This document shows, one piece after another, positions 25,859-34,720 of a stretch of DNA of 53,659 nucleotides (the stretch's first letter is position 1; every line of letters starts with the position of its first letter). Made by a program: the position numbers and the translations under genes. Where the stretch lies: the NCBI GenBank assembly GCA_036733985.1, contig DAIMZM010000003.1:1-53659 (forward strand), given 5' to 3'. This stretch comes from Bacillota bacterium. GTDB lineage: Bacteria; Bacillota; Dehalobacteriia; UBA4068. The notes beneath the pieces were generated by a model. It was not told the origin of the DNA. It saw nothing but the letters and a program-made list of their open reading frames with translations, and did not search any database.

Positions 25859-27220
25859 CTAAGCCTGCTGTTTTTCCGCGAATTTCTGCAGCTCATAGAA
25901 CTTCTTCAGCCAGGTGATCAGATAAACCCGCTCCGCCGGGTATTTTTGCAGCTCGTCGATAATGGCCTGGTCGTCGTCGCTGGGGATGACGCTGATCCGC
26001 TCCCGGGGCACGCCGGCATAGACTAGGCGGAGGGCTGTGTCATAACCCACCGTATCGGAAAAGCAGATGTAGCGCTGGATATTGGACTGGATCAGCTTAG
26101 CAAAATCACAGTCGTAAGCATAAAAGGTATTGGTATAATGGGGATGGAAATCCACCAGCTCTTCCAGGCCTAAGAGGAAAATCTTCTCCCCCTGGTCGGC
26201 GGCGATATAATCCAAGGCGCTTTGCAGGGTTTCCGGGTTTTCCTGCTTCATGCGGATATAGTGGATGGTTTTGCCCCCGGCCCGGATATCCTCCAGCCTG
26301 CCGCCGATATTGACGAATTCCCCCGCGGCCTTGGCAATGGCCGCAACCGGCAAGCCCAGCTCCTGGGCCAGGGCCAAAGCCGCCGCGTAACAGTAGAGGA
26401 AATAGGGCGCGTCATAGCGGAAAGGCCAGGTTTTGCCGTTCATCTCCGCCAGATGCACCTGGTAATCGATGCTTTCCAGCAGATATTCCGGCGCTTCCTG
26501 GCCGGAAAAACCGCAGCTGCCGCAGGAGAAGGGGCCGATATTGTCAATATTGTAGCAGGCAAAGGCAATGGGCCCGCCGCAAATGGGGCAAGGCAGGGTG
26601 GTGGTATAAAAATCCGGCTTGCTAAAGGATTTCTCATTCACCGCCACGCCGTAAAAGATAGGGTGATCGGTAAAGCGGAGCAGGGAGGCGGTATAAGGCT
26701 CGTCATTATTCAGATAAACATGGGTTTCCGGCCGGATGGCCTGGCGGATCTTGCGGTAAATGATATCCGGCTCCCCATTCCGCTGCACCTGGTCCTTTTG
26801 GATATTGGTGACCAGCAGATGGCCGGGCTGCAGCTCCCGGCTGATGGCTGGCAAAAAGCGCTCATCCGTTTCCATCAGGATATAGTCGCTTTTGATCCGG
26901 CCCCAGCAGTTGGCGTTCCGCATCAGGGTCACAGCCACCCCGGCCAGCAGGTTGGCCCCTTCCAGATTCACCGCCAGGGAAAAGCCGGCTTCCCGCAGCA
27001 TGGCGGCCAGCAGATTGGTGGTGGTGCTTTTGCCATTGGTGCCGGTGACGAAAATGGTGCGGGCCGGCTCCGCGCCGCGGAAATGGCGGATAAAAGCCGG
27101 GTCCAGCTTCAGGGCGATTTTCCCCGGCAGGCTTGTCCCCCGCTCCCGGTCAATGATCCTGATGGCCAGGGCTGCCAGGCGGGCTGCTGCCAAAGCCAGG
27201 AAAAAACGGATTCTACCCAT
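25859..27220 (-). CDS. murT: lipid II isoglutaminyl synthase subunit MurT (Mur ligase family with Cys4 ribbon and DUF1727)
   Basis: VTGTNGKSTT P-loop and the MurT-specific ribbon CPICGG..CGSCGF. Confidence 0.88.
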   Translation of the reverse strand: MGRIRFFLALAAARLAALAIRIIDRERGTSLPGKIALKLDPAFIRHFRGAEPARTIFVTGTNGKSTTTNLLAAMLREAGFSLAVNLEGANLLAGVAVTLMRNANCWGRIKSDYILMETDERFLPAISRELQPGHLLVTNIQKDQVQRNGEPDIIYRKIRQAIRPETHVYLNNDEPYTASLLRFTDHPIFYGVAVNEKSFSKPDFYTTTLPCPICGGPIAFACYNIDNIGPFSCGSCGFSGQEAPEYLLESIDYQVHLAEMNGKTWPFRYDAPYFLYCYAAALALAQELGLPVAAIAKAAGEFVNIGGRLEDIRAGGKTIHYIRMKQENPETLQSALDYIAADQGEKIFLLGLEELVDFHPHYTNTFYAYDCDFAKLIQSNIQRYICFSDTVGYDTALRLVYAGVPRERISVIPSDDDQAIIDELQKYPAERVYLITWLKKFYELQKFAEKQQA

Positions 27221-27379
27221 GAAAGATCCCTCCTGTCAACCTCTCTATTATACGCCGGAACCGGCTTTTTTACAAACACTTTATCCCGGCCCCCGGGATT
27301 TCAGGCCAGACCCCTTGGCCGGCGGCCGGCGGCTGCCGGGCCGGGATTGGCCTTTGACAGAAAAAGTGCAAATTTTTGC

Positions 27380-27408
27380 TTGACAATCGGCCAACATCGG
27401 TATATCAT
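27380..27408 (+). promoter_or_regulatory. candidate sigma-A promoter for rocD
   Basis: TTGACA, 17 nt spacer, TATCAT. Confidence 0.45.
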
Positions 27409-27426
27409 GTATTCATATTCGTTTTT

Positions 27427-27450
27427 TATGTTTATTTATTCATAAACATA
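27427..27450. promoter_or_regulatory. operator-like palindrome between the rocD promoter and RBS
   Basis: TATGTTTAT-TTATTC-ATAAACATA has 9-bp perfect arms in an AT-rich segment containing ATTCAT motifs reminiscent of ARG boxes. Confidence 0.4.
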
Positions 27451-27481
27451 GTCCGGCAGACACCGGGGAAGGAGAAAATAC

Positions 27482-28675
27482 ATGCTAACATCCGCTGAAA
27501 TCATCGCCAAAACCAATCGGCTGGGCGCGCATAATTATCAACCTAAGGACGTTGTTTTCGCCACAGCCCAGGGGGTGGACGTCTATGATCCGGAGGGCAA
27601 GCACTATTATGATATGCTGTCCGCCTATTCCGCCCATAACTTCGGCCATTTGCATCCGGAAATCGTCCAGGCCGCCAAGGAGCAGCTGGATAAAGTGACC
27701 CTGACCAGCCGGGCTTTCCACAATAACCTGCTGGGCGATTGGTATGAGAAGATCTGCGAAGTCACCGGCCAGGAAATGGCCCTGCCTATGAATACCGGCA
27801 CCGAGGCGGTGGAAACCGCCCTGAAAACCGCCCGCTGGTGGGGGAACGCCGTCAAGGGCGTGGAAAACGGCAAGCAGGAAATCATTGTCTGCGAAAACAA
27901 TTTCCACGGCCGCTCCATCACCATCATCAGCTTTTCCACCGACCCCCTGGCCAAGGAGCATTTCGGGCCTTATACCCCCGGCTTCAAAATCATCCCCTTC
28001 GGCGACGCCGCAGCCCTGGAAGCAGCCATCAGCGAAAACACCGTGGCCTTCCTGGTGGAGCCGATCCAAGGCGAGGCCGGCATCATCGTGCCCCCCGCCG
28101 GCTTCCTGAAAAAAGCCAGGGAGATCTGCACCAAGCATCAGGTGCTGCTGATCTGCGACGAGGTGCAAACCGGCTTCGCCCGCACCGGCAAAATGTTCGC
28201 CAGCCAGCTGGAAGAGGTGGAACCGGATATATATATCCTGGGCAAGGCCTTGGGCGGCGGCATCATGCCCATGTCCGGCATTACCGCCAGCCGGGAGATC
28301 CTGGGCCTCTACACCCCCGGCTCCCATGGCTCCACCTTTGGCGGCAATCCCCTGGCCTGCGCCTGCTCCCTGAAGGCCCTGGAAATCCTGGTGCGGGACA
28401 ATTATGCCCAGCAAGCCGCGGAAAAGGGCGCATATTTTATGAATAAGCTCAGGACAATCCAAAACGGCGATATCCTGGATATCCGGGGCAAAGGACTGCT
28501 GATCGGCGTGGAATTCACCGGCCCGGCCTTCGGCTATGTGAAAAAGCTCATCAAAAACGGCGTGCTGGCCAAGGAAACCCATGACCATACCATCCGCTTC
28601 GCCCCGCCCATTATCATCAGCTATGAACAGATCGACGACGCCTGTGAGCGGATCAAAACCGCTTTTCAGGGGTAG
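27482..28675 (+). CDS. rocD: ornithine--oxo-acid aminotransferase
   Basis: GAHNYQP.., AYSA.NFGH, DEVQTGFARTGKMFA. Full-length colinearity with RocD. Confidence 0.9.
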   Translation: MLTSAEIIAKTNRLGAHNYQPKDVVFATAQGVDVYDPEGKHYYDMLSAYSAHNFGHLHPEIVQAAKEQLDKVTLTSRAFHNNLLGDWYEKICEVTGQEMALPMNTGTEAVETALKTARWWGNAVKGVENGKQEIIVCENNFHGRSITIISFSTDPLAKEHFGPYTPGFKIIPFGDAAALEAAISENTVAFLVEPIQGEAGIIVPPAGFLKKAREICTKHQVLLICDEVQTGFARTGKMFASQLEEVEPDIYILGKALGGGIMPMSGITASREILGLYTPGSHGSTFGGNPLACACSLKALEILVRDNYAQQAAEKGAYFMNKLRTIQNGDILDIRGKGLLIGVEFTGPAFGYVKKLIKNGVLAKETHDHTIRFAPPIIISYEQIDDACERIKTAFQG

Positions 28676-28684
28676 GGAAGCCTG

Positions 28685-28797
28685 TTTAAAACCCTTCCTT
28701 TCTTGTTAAGAAAGGAAGCTAAAGAACTTTAAATTAATCAAATTATGATTTATAATAGGCAAAAGCCGGCTAGGTTAAAAGAAGAATTGTTTTAAAG
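28685..28797. repeat. AT-rich inverted hairpin-pair repeat, locus B (right unit is a half-copy)
   Basis: TTTAAAACC-CTTCCTTTCTT-GTT-AAGAAAGGAAG-CTAAAGAACTTTAAAT (28685-28734) and AAAAGAAGAATTGTTTTAAAGG (28776-28797). Confidence 0.75.
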
Positions 28798-28829
28798 GTT
28801 TTAAGCATGAATATAATGGGAGGCGCATT

Positions 28830-29816
28830 ATGGCAATCAATCTTAAAGGCAAAAGCTTTCTATCCGTCATGGATTTCAAACCGGAGGAGATCCGTTATCT
28901 GCTGGATCTTTCCCATGATCTGAAAGCCAAAAAGCGTTCCGGCGTCATCGGCCAGGCGCTGGCGGGCAAGAATATTGTGCTGCTTTTTGAAAAGACCAGC
29001 ACCCGCACGCGCTGCTCCTTTGAGGTGGCGGCCCTGGACGAGGGGGCCCATGTGACCTTCCTGGATTCGAAAAGCTCCCAGATGGGTAAAAAGGAAAGCT
29101 TGGCTGATACGGCCAAGGTGCTGGGAAGGCTCTATGACGGCATCGAATACCGGGGCTATGATCCCCAGGTGCCCATCGATTTGGCCAAATATTCCGGCGT
29201 GCCGGTCTGGAACGGCCTGACCGATGTGGATCATCCCACCCAGGCCCTGGCGGATGTGATGACCATTGAGGAATATGCCGCCAAGCCCCTGAACCAGGTC
29301 AAGCTGGTTTTCTGCGGGGATACCCGGAACAATGTGGCCTATTGCCTGATGTATATCGCGGCCAAGCTGGGTATGCACTATGTGGGCCTGGGGCCCGCGG
29401 AACTGGCGCCTGCCCCGGAAGTGCTGGCGGCCTGCGCCGAAGCTGCCCGGGAAAGCGGCGCTACCATCGAATACGGCGCGGACTTAAGCCTGGCGGAGGG
29501 GGCGGATGTGCTCTATACGGATATCTGGGCCAGTATGGGCGAGGAGGAAAAAATCCCGGAGCGGGTGCGGCTGCTCACCCCTTACCGGGTGGACGGCGGG
29601 CTGCTGGCCAAAACCAATAATCCGGACTGCATCTTCCTCCATTGCCTGCCCAGCTTTCATGATTTTGAAACCGAAATGGCCAAGACGCAGTTGGAAAAGG
29701 GTTATGATATCCGGGAAGTCACCGACGAGGTCTTTCTCAGCCGCCATGGTAAACAGTTCGACCAGGCGGAAAACCGGCTGCATACCATCAAAGCCGTGAT
29801 GGTGGCCACGCTGTAA
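28830..29816 (+). CDS. argF: ornithine carbamoyltransferase
   Basis: STRTRCSFE, HPTQALAD and HCLP motifs. Confidence 0.93.
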   Translation: MAINLKGKSFLSVMDFKPEEIRYLLDLSHDLKAKKRSGVIGQALAGKNIVLLFEKTSTRTRCSFEVAALDEGAHVTFLDSKSSQMGKKESLADTAKVLGRLYDGIEYRGYDPQVPIDLAKYSGVPVWNGLTDVDHPTQALADVMTIEEYAAKPLNQVKLVFCGDTRNNVAYCLMYIAAKLGMHYVGLGPAELAPAPEVLAACAEAARESGATIEYGADLSLAEGADVLYTDIWASMGEEEKIPERVRLLTPYRVDGGLLAKTNNPDCIFLHCLPSFHDFETEMAKTQLEKGYDIREVTDEVFLSRHGKQFDQAENRLHTIKAVMVATL

Positions 29817-29861
29817 ATCGGCTTCCCTCTGCGATTAGGCGATTCTTTTTCATTTTTCGTC

Positions 29862-30008
29862 TTGACTAATCCGGCTGCTGCCATTATAATGGGTCATAAG
29901 ATATGTGAATGTAATGTGAACATATCGCGAACGAAAGGGAATCGTTCTTTTCAGAAGGGGAGAGAGGGAAAAGGGGGCCGGCATTCGCAACCGGCTCCCT
30001 TTTTTTTG
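29862..30008 (+). ncRNA. candidate stand-alone small RNA (about 110 nt) bounded by a consensus promoter and an intrinsic terminator
   Basis: TTGACT-17-TATAAT (29862-29890). Stems GATATGT/ACATATC (29900-29926) and GAACGA/TCGTTC (29929-29947). Purine tract AGAAGGGGAGAGAGGGAAAAGGGGG. Terminator GGGGGCCGG-CATTCGCAA-CCGGCTCCC plus T8 (29972-30008). No credible ORF. Confidence 0.5.
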
Positions 30009-30011
30009 CGG

Positions 30012-30040
30012 TTGACTGGGCAAAAACCGAAGGTTATAAT
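30012..30040 (+). promoter_or_regulatory. sigma-A promoter for prfB
   Basis: TTGACT, 17 nt spacer, TATAAT, immediately after the preceding terminator. Confidence 0.65.
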
Positions 30041-30145
30041 ATAGGGTAGGGCAAGCGGCCGAAACCGGCCCGGCGGCCCGGCGGCTGCTTTCAGCCGGAT
30101 TTCCAGCAACCCATGTTTATTCTGCCTGATTTAAGGGGAAACCAT

Positions 30146-31247
30146 ATGTTGATTGAAGATTTGCGCCCCCAGGTGGCGGAAGGCCTGGAAAAAGTCGAAA
30201 TGCTCCGGAGGTCTCTTTGACATCCAGGCCAAACAGGAGAAAATAGCGGAGCTGGAGCAGAAAACCTTTGCCCCGGATTTCTGGAACGACCGGGAGCAGG
30301 CCCAAACCATGCTCAGCCAGATCAATCACCGCCGGGAGGTGGTGAAAGCCTGGCAAACCGCCTTTGACCAGGGGCAGGACGCGGAAACAGCGATTGAACT
30401 GGCCCTGGAGGACGATAGCTTCATCAGCGAGGCGGAACGGGCCGCCCTGAAATTTTTAAAGACCCTCAATGATTTGGAATTATCCCAGCTGCTCTCCGGC
30501 GATTACGACAGCCATGACGCGGTGCTGACGGTGCATGCGGGCACCGGGGGCCTGGAAGCCCAGGATTGGGCGGAAATGCTGCTCCGGATGTTCCTGCGCT
30601 GGGCTGAGCGGCGGCGCTTCAAGACGGAACTGCTGGACAGCCTCCCCGCTGACGAGGGCGGGGTGAAAAGCGCCACCATCGGCGTTTACGGCCTCAACGC
30701 CTACGGCTACCTGAAAAGCGAGCGGGGCGTGCACCGGCTGGTGCGCATCTCCCCCTATGATTCGGCGGGGCGGCGGCATACCAGCTTTGCCTCGGTGGAT
30801 GTGCTGCCCCAGGTGGCGGATGATAATGAGATCGTCGTGGACAGCGACGATCTGCGCATCGACACCTACCGCAGTTCCGGCAAGGGCGGCCAGCATCTGA
30901 ACAAAACCGACAGCGCGGTGCGCATCACCCATCTCCCCACCGGCATTGTGGTGCAATGCCAGGATGAGCGCAGCCAGTTTTCCAATAAGGACCGGGCCAT
31001 GGCCATGCTCAAAGCCAAGCTGCTGGATCTGAAGCTCCGGGAACGGGAAGCGGAGCTGGCCCAGCTCCGGGGCGAGCAGCAGGAGATCGGCTGGGGCAGC
31101 CAGATCCGCTCCTATGTCTTCCAGCCCTATCGCCTGGTCAAGGATCACCGCACCGGCTATGAAATGGGCAATGCGGACGCGGTGATGGACGGGGATCTGG
31201 ACGGCTTTATCAGTGAATATTTACGGAAATTCGCCCGCCGGGATTAG
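30146..31247 (+). CDS. prfB: peptide chain release factor 2, expressed by programmed +1 frameshift (join 30146..30217, 30219..31247)
   Basis: Frame 0 reads MLIEDLRPQVAEGLEKVEMLRRSL then TGA. The site GGAGG-TCT-CTT-TGA-C (30207-30221) matches the classical RF2 shift site. The +1 frame continues DIQAKQEKIAELE.., has the GGQ motif (SGKGGQHLN), and ends at 31247. Confidence 0.93.
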
Positions 31248-31277
31248 CGGGCGGCAGGCAATGGAGGCCTGGACCAT

Positions 31278-32384
31278 ATGGCGGATCACACTCTTTTTAC
31301 CCTGATCAAACAACTGGCGGCCCTTTTGATCCTGGCCCTGCTGCTGGCCCTGGTTCCAGCCAGGCCCGGCCTGGCCCTGGACAGCCAGCGCCAGATGATG
31401 CTGGTGAACAAAAGCCACGTGCTGGCCGCGGACGATGTCCCCGACGACCTGGTGAAGCTCAGCGACTATCTGCCCGCGGGCAGCAGCGTGAAGATGACCC
31501 GGGCCGCGGCCGAAGCCCTGGGCAAAATGGCAGCCGCCATGAAGGAAGCGGGCATCGACGATGTTTACGGCGCTTCCGGCTACCGCAGCTATGCGGTGCA
31601 GAGCAGCCTCTACCAGCAGAAAACCAGCTATTACCGGAACCTGGGCTATGGCCGGGATCAAGCGGCGGCGCTGGCCGGCACCATCGTGGCGCCTCCGGGA
31701 GCCAGCGAACACCAGACCGGCCTGGCCATCGACCTGGTCTCCTGGGAGAACGGCGGCAGCATGGATGAGGGTTTCGGCAGCACCCAGGCCGGCAAATGGC
31801 TGGCCATCAATTGCTGGCGCTACGGTTTTATCCTGCGCTATGCCGCGGATAAAACCGAGCTCACCGGCTATATCTTCGAGCCCTGGCATTTCCGCTATGT
31901 GGGCCGGGAGCATGCCAAGTATATGACCGAGCATCATCTCTGCCTGGAAGAATATACCCAGCTGATCAAGGAGCGGGGCGCGCTGATCTCCGACGCTGAG
32001 GGTAATAATTACGCCGTCTACTACACGGATCAGCCGGAACAGGCGGATCCGGCCATCAGCCGGCTGTCCCTGGCCTATGCCGGGGATACCGCCGCCTATA
32101 TCGTGACCCTGCACACGGTGGATACGGACTTAAGCGATCTCATCGCCTACTGGGGCAAAGAGCGCATCCAGAAGCTGATGCTCCTTTCCGTGGTGGCCGG
32201 CTATGCCGACTTTTCCCCAGCCCCCGGCGGCCAGCCCCTGCTGACCAAGGAGCTGACCCGGGAAGGCCTGACCCGGCTGATCGAAACTTTCGAACCCCAG
32301 CGGGACCAGGCGCCCGGCCTGGAAGCCGCCCTGGTGCAAGGGGAGCTCAGCCCGGCAATCTGCTATCTGAACCCCCTGGGTTAA
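31278..32384 (+). CDS. membrane-anchored M15B (VanY-type) D-alanyl-D-alanine carboxypeptidase with extra C-terminal domain
   Basis: LVNK.H.L, SGYRSY, SEHQTGLAIDL, EPWHFRYVG. Confidence 0.85.
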   Translation: MADHTLFTLIKQLAALLILALLLALVPARPGLALDSQRQMMLVNKSHVLAADDVPDDLVKLSDYLPAGSSVKMTRAAAEALGKMAAAMKEAGIDDVYGASGYRSYAVQSSLYQQKTSYYRNLGYGRDQAAALAGTIVAPPGASEHQTGLAIDLVSWENGGSMDEGFGSTQAGKWLAINCWRYGFILRYAADKTELTGYIFEPWHFRYVGREHAKYMTEHHLCLEEYTQLIKERGALISDAEGNNYAVYYTDQPEQADPAISRLSLAYAGDTAAYIVTLHTVDTDLSDLIAYWGKERIQKLMLLSVVAGYADFSPAPGGQPLLTKELTREGLTRLIETFEPQRDQAPGLEAALVQGELSPAICYLNPLG

Positions 32385-32400
32385 AAAAAACGCCAGACCA

Positions 32401-32434
32401 AAGCCGGAGAACCAGTGGTTCTCCGGCTTTCTTT
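32401..32434 (+). terminator. intrinsic terminator
   Basis: AAGCCGGAGAACC-AGT-GGTTCTCCGGCTT followed by TCTTT. Confidence 0.75.
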
Positions 32435-32520
32435 AACGATCGCGCTTTGATGCCCCGGTCGGGCCGCCTCATACCTGCCCCGGGCCGGGTCATACCTCCA
32501 TCCGGGCTAAGGAGGCCAGC

Positions 32521-33987
32521 CTATACCTCAATATTGGCGAAAACCCGGTCAAAATAGGCCAGCAGCTCCGGCACCATATCCGGCGTATAAGCGGCGCTGG
32601 TATAAAAGCGGCTGCCGGCCAGGGTGATCAGCCCCTCCGCCGACAGAGCCGCGCCTAGTTCCTCCATGGCCTCTTTCCGGGCAGCGGTTTCCTTGAGCAG
32701 GGAGGGCAGCTTCCAGGGCTTGCTCCAATCCACCACAAAATGCATGGGCGCGGTGGTTTGCAGATGGCAAACCGAGCCTTGGTTATAAGCCACAAAGGGC
32801 AGGCCCCGCTTTGCGATCAGCGCCTTTAAGCCGGCGGTCAGCAGATCCCCCACCAGCCCGGCCTTGGCGCAGGCGTCCGTGGCCTCGATCTCGCAAATCG
32901 TCTGATAACCAGCCACGCAGGTCAGGGGATTGGCCGCCAGGGTGCCGCCTACCAGGGCGGTTTTCACCCGCATATCCGTGAGCCCGGCCCCCAGGAAGCG
33001 CATATATTCATCCTTGCCCCCCAGCCCGCCGGCGCTGGGATAGCCGCCGCCCATCACCTTGCCGAACATGGTCAGATCCGGACTGACGCCAAAATAGCCC
33101 TGGGCGCCTTGGAGGCCCACCCTAAAGCCGGTGACCACCTCGTCGAAAACCAGCAGCGCCCCGTATTTATGGCACAGGGCTTCCACGCCCTTATTAAAAT
33201 CAAAATCCAGAGGCCTGGTGCCGCTTTCCGGCCCCAAAGGCTCGATGAACACCGCCGCCGTGCCGCCGCTGCCCCGGTTCAATTTCAGCTGGCGTTCCAA
33301 ATCATTCAGATCATTGGGGAAAAATTCCCCGGTTTTGCGGAACAGATAGCCCGGCACCCCATTGGCCATCAGGCCCCGGGAATAAGGGGCCCGCAGGCTG
33401 TAGCAAAGCTGGTCGCTCCAGCCATGATAAGCCCCGCCCATCTTCAAAATATGCTTGTGCCGGGTGGCTAAACGGGCCACCCGGATGGCGGCGATGCCTG
33501 CCTCATTGCCGCTGCCCAGCATGCGGAATTTCTGCACCGCCGGCATCAGGCCGCTGATCTTTTCCGCCAGCAAATACTCATATTCATGGAACAGGCCGGT
33601 CACCGGGCCGCAATGGTTCAGCAGCTCAATCACCTTTTCCCGCACCGCGGTTGGGTTGCTGCCCAGCACCGTAGGCCCCCCGGCCTGGAGCAGGTCAAAA
33701 TAGCGGTTGCCGTCCACATCCCAAAGATACGGCCCCTCCGCCTTGTCCATGGCCAGGGGGAAGGGATAATTGAAAGACAGATTATGCTGCACGCCGCCGG
33801 GAATCACCCCCATGGCCGCCTGGTTCAGCGCCTGGGAGCGGCCGCAGCGGGCCTCAAAGTAATCGCTGAGATAATGTTCCAGCGCCTCCCGGCGCAAACG
33901 GGTAATGGGTTTTTTGATCAGCGCGTCCAGCTCCGCCGTGACGGCCCGGGCGTCGGGATAGCTGCTGATGGCATAGTTTCCGCTCAA
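32521..33987 (-). CDS. class III (GSA-aminomutase-like) PLP aminotransferase with about 60-aa N-terminal extension
   Basis: GSGNEA, VFDEVVTGFR and FGKVMGGGYP (PLP Lys) motifs. TTG start 5 nt after GGAGG. Confidence 0.8.
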   Translation of the reverse strand: MSGNYAISSYPDARAVTAELDALIKKPITRLRREALEHYLSDYFEARCGRSQALNQAAMGVIPGGVQHNLSFNYPFPLAMDKAEGPYLWDVDGNRYFDLLQAGGPTVLGSNPTAVREKVIELLNHCGPVTGLFHEYEYLLAEKISGLMPAVQKFRMLGSGNEAGIAAIRVARLATRHKHILKMGGAYHGWSDQLCYSLRAPYSRGLMANGVPGYLFRKTGEFFPNDLNDLERQLKLNRGSGGTAAVFIEPLGPESGTRPLDFDFNKGVEALCHKYGALLVFDEVVTGFRVGLQGAQGYFGVSPDLTMFGKVMGGGYPSAGGLGGKDEYMRFLGAGLTDMRVKTALVGGTLAANPLTCVAGYQTICEIEATDACAKAGLVGDLLTAGLKALIAKRGLPFVAYNQGSVCHLQTTAPMHFVVDWSKPWKLPSLLKETAARKEAMEELGAALSAEGLITLAGSRFYTSAAYTPDMVPELLAYFDRVFANIEV

Positions 33988-34033
33988 ATCCGGCCTCCTG
34001 TTCCTGCTTAGAAATTTTGTTAAAATTATAAAT

Positions 34034-34234
34034 CCAAAACCTTTCTTTTCTTGTAAGAAAAGAAAGAAAAGAACTTTAAATGGCTGTTTGATTGCGGCAG
34101 CTAGTTATACTTAGTATTTAAAATCCTTTAATAAATAAAAGTAATTATTAAAGAAAGTCGCTATGCATAGCGTAAAATCCAACTATAATATAAATTTTCT
34201 TGGTTCTTCTTTTATAAAAGAAGAACGGTTTCCC
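34034..34234. repeat. AT-rich inverted hairpin-pair repeat, locus C
   Basis: CCAAAACC-TTTCTTTTCTT-GT-AAGAAAAGAAA-GAAAAGAACTTTAAAT (34034-34081) and AAATTTTCTTG-GTTCTTCTTTT-ATA-AAAGAAGAAC-GGTTTCCC (34191-34234). Confidence 0.8.
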
Positions 34235-34240
34235 AAGCTT

Positions 34241-34720
34241 TTACGCCTCAACAAAAAACCCGGCCAGGCTGGCGATGAGCTGATCCTGCATGCTGAACAT
34301 GGCCTTTTCCTGGGCCGGACCCAGCTCATGGTCATGACCCAGCAAATGCAGCAGGCCGTGGATAAAGAGGAAGGCCATTTCCCTGGCATAACTATGGCCA
34401 TAGGCCTGGGCCTGGGCTGCCGCCCGCTCTGTGGAGATGACGATATCCCCCAGGAGAACCGGGCCGGGGCCGGGCTGGGGCAGGGCCCCGTCTTCCAGCA
34501 GGGGGAAAGACAGCACATCGGTGGGGGCGTCCTTCCCCCGGTAGCCGGCGTTCAGTTGGCGGATCTCAGCGTCGTTCACCAGCAGCAGGCTGATTTCCGC
34601 CTCTTGGCTGAAACCCGCCGCCGCCAGGGTCTGCCTGGCCGCTGCCCGGAGCAGCCGGCGCAGGGCCGGGTCAGTGGCTTTCGCCTGCCGCTTCCGGCTG
34701 ATGGTTAGGCTGACTGTCAT
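34241..34720 (-). CDS. ybeY: rRNA maturation endoribonuclease YbeY
   Basis: TDVLSFP and HGLLHLLGHDH zinc motif. Start ATG 34720 overlaps the end of the upstream gene. Confidence 0.88.
   Translation of the reverse strand: MTVSLTISRKRQAKATDPALRRLLRAAARQTLAAAGFSQEAEISLLLVNDAEIRQLNAGYRGKDAPTDVLSFPLLEDGALPQPGPGPVLLGDIVISTERAAAQAQAYGHSYAREMAFLFIHGLLHLLGHDHELGPAQEKAMFSMQDQLIASLAGFFVEA

Noticed and set aside
29862-30044. 60-aa + strand ORF between argF and prfB
   Set aside because: Its ATG is part of the TATAAT -10 box, it crosses a strong terminator and the next promoter, and it has no RBS. I interpret the region as a small-RNA candidate instead.
32440-32520. Short direct repeat TCATACCT x2 in the gap after the VanY-type gene
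   Set aside because: It is only 8 nt, GC-rich flanks differ, and there is no associated structure or gene. It is likely chance.
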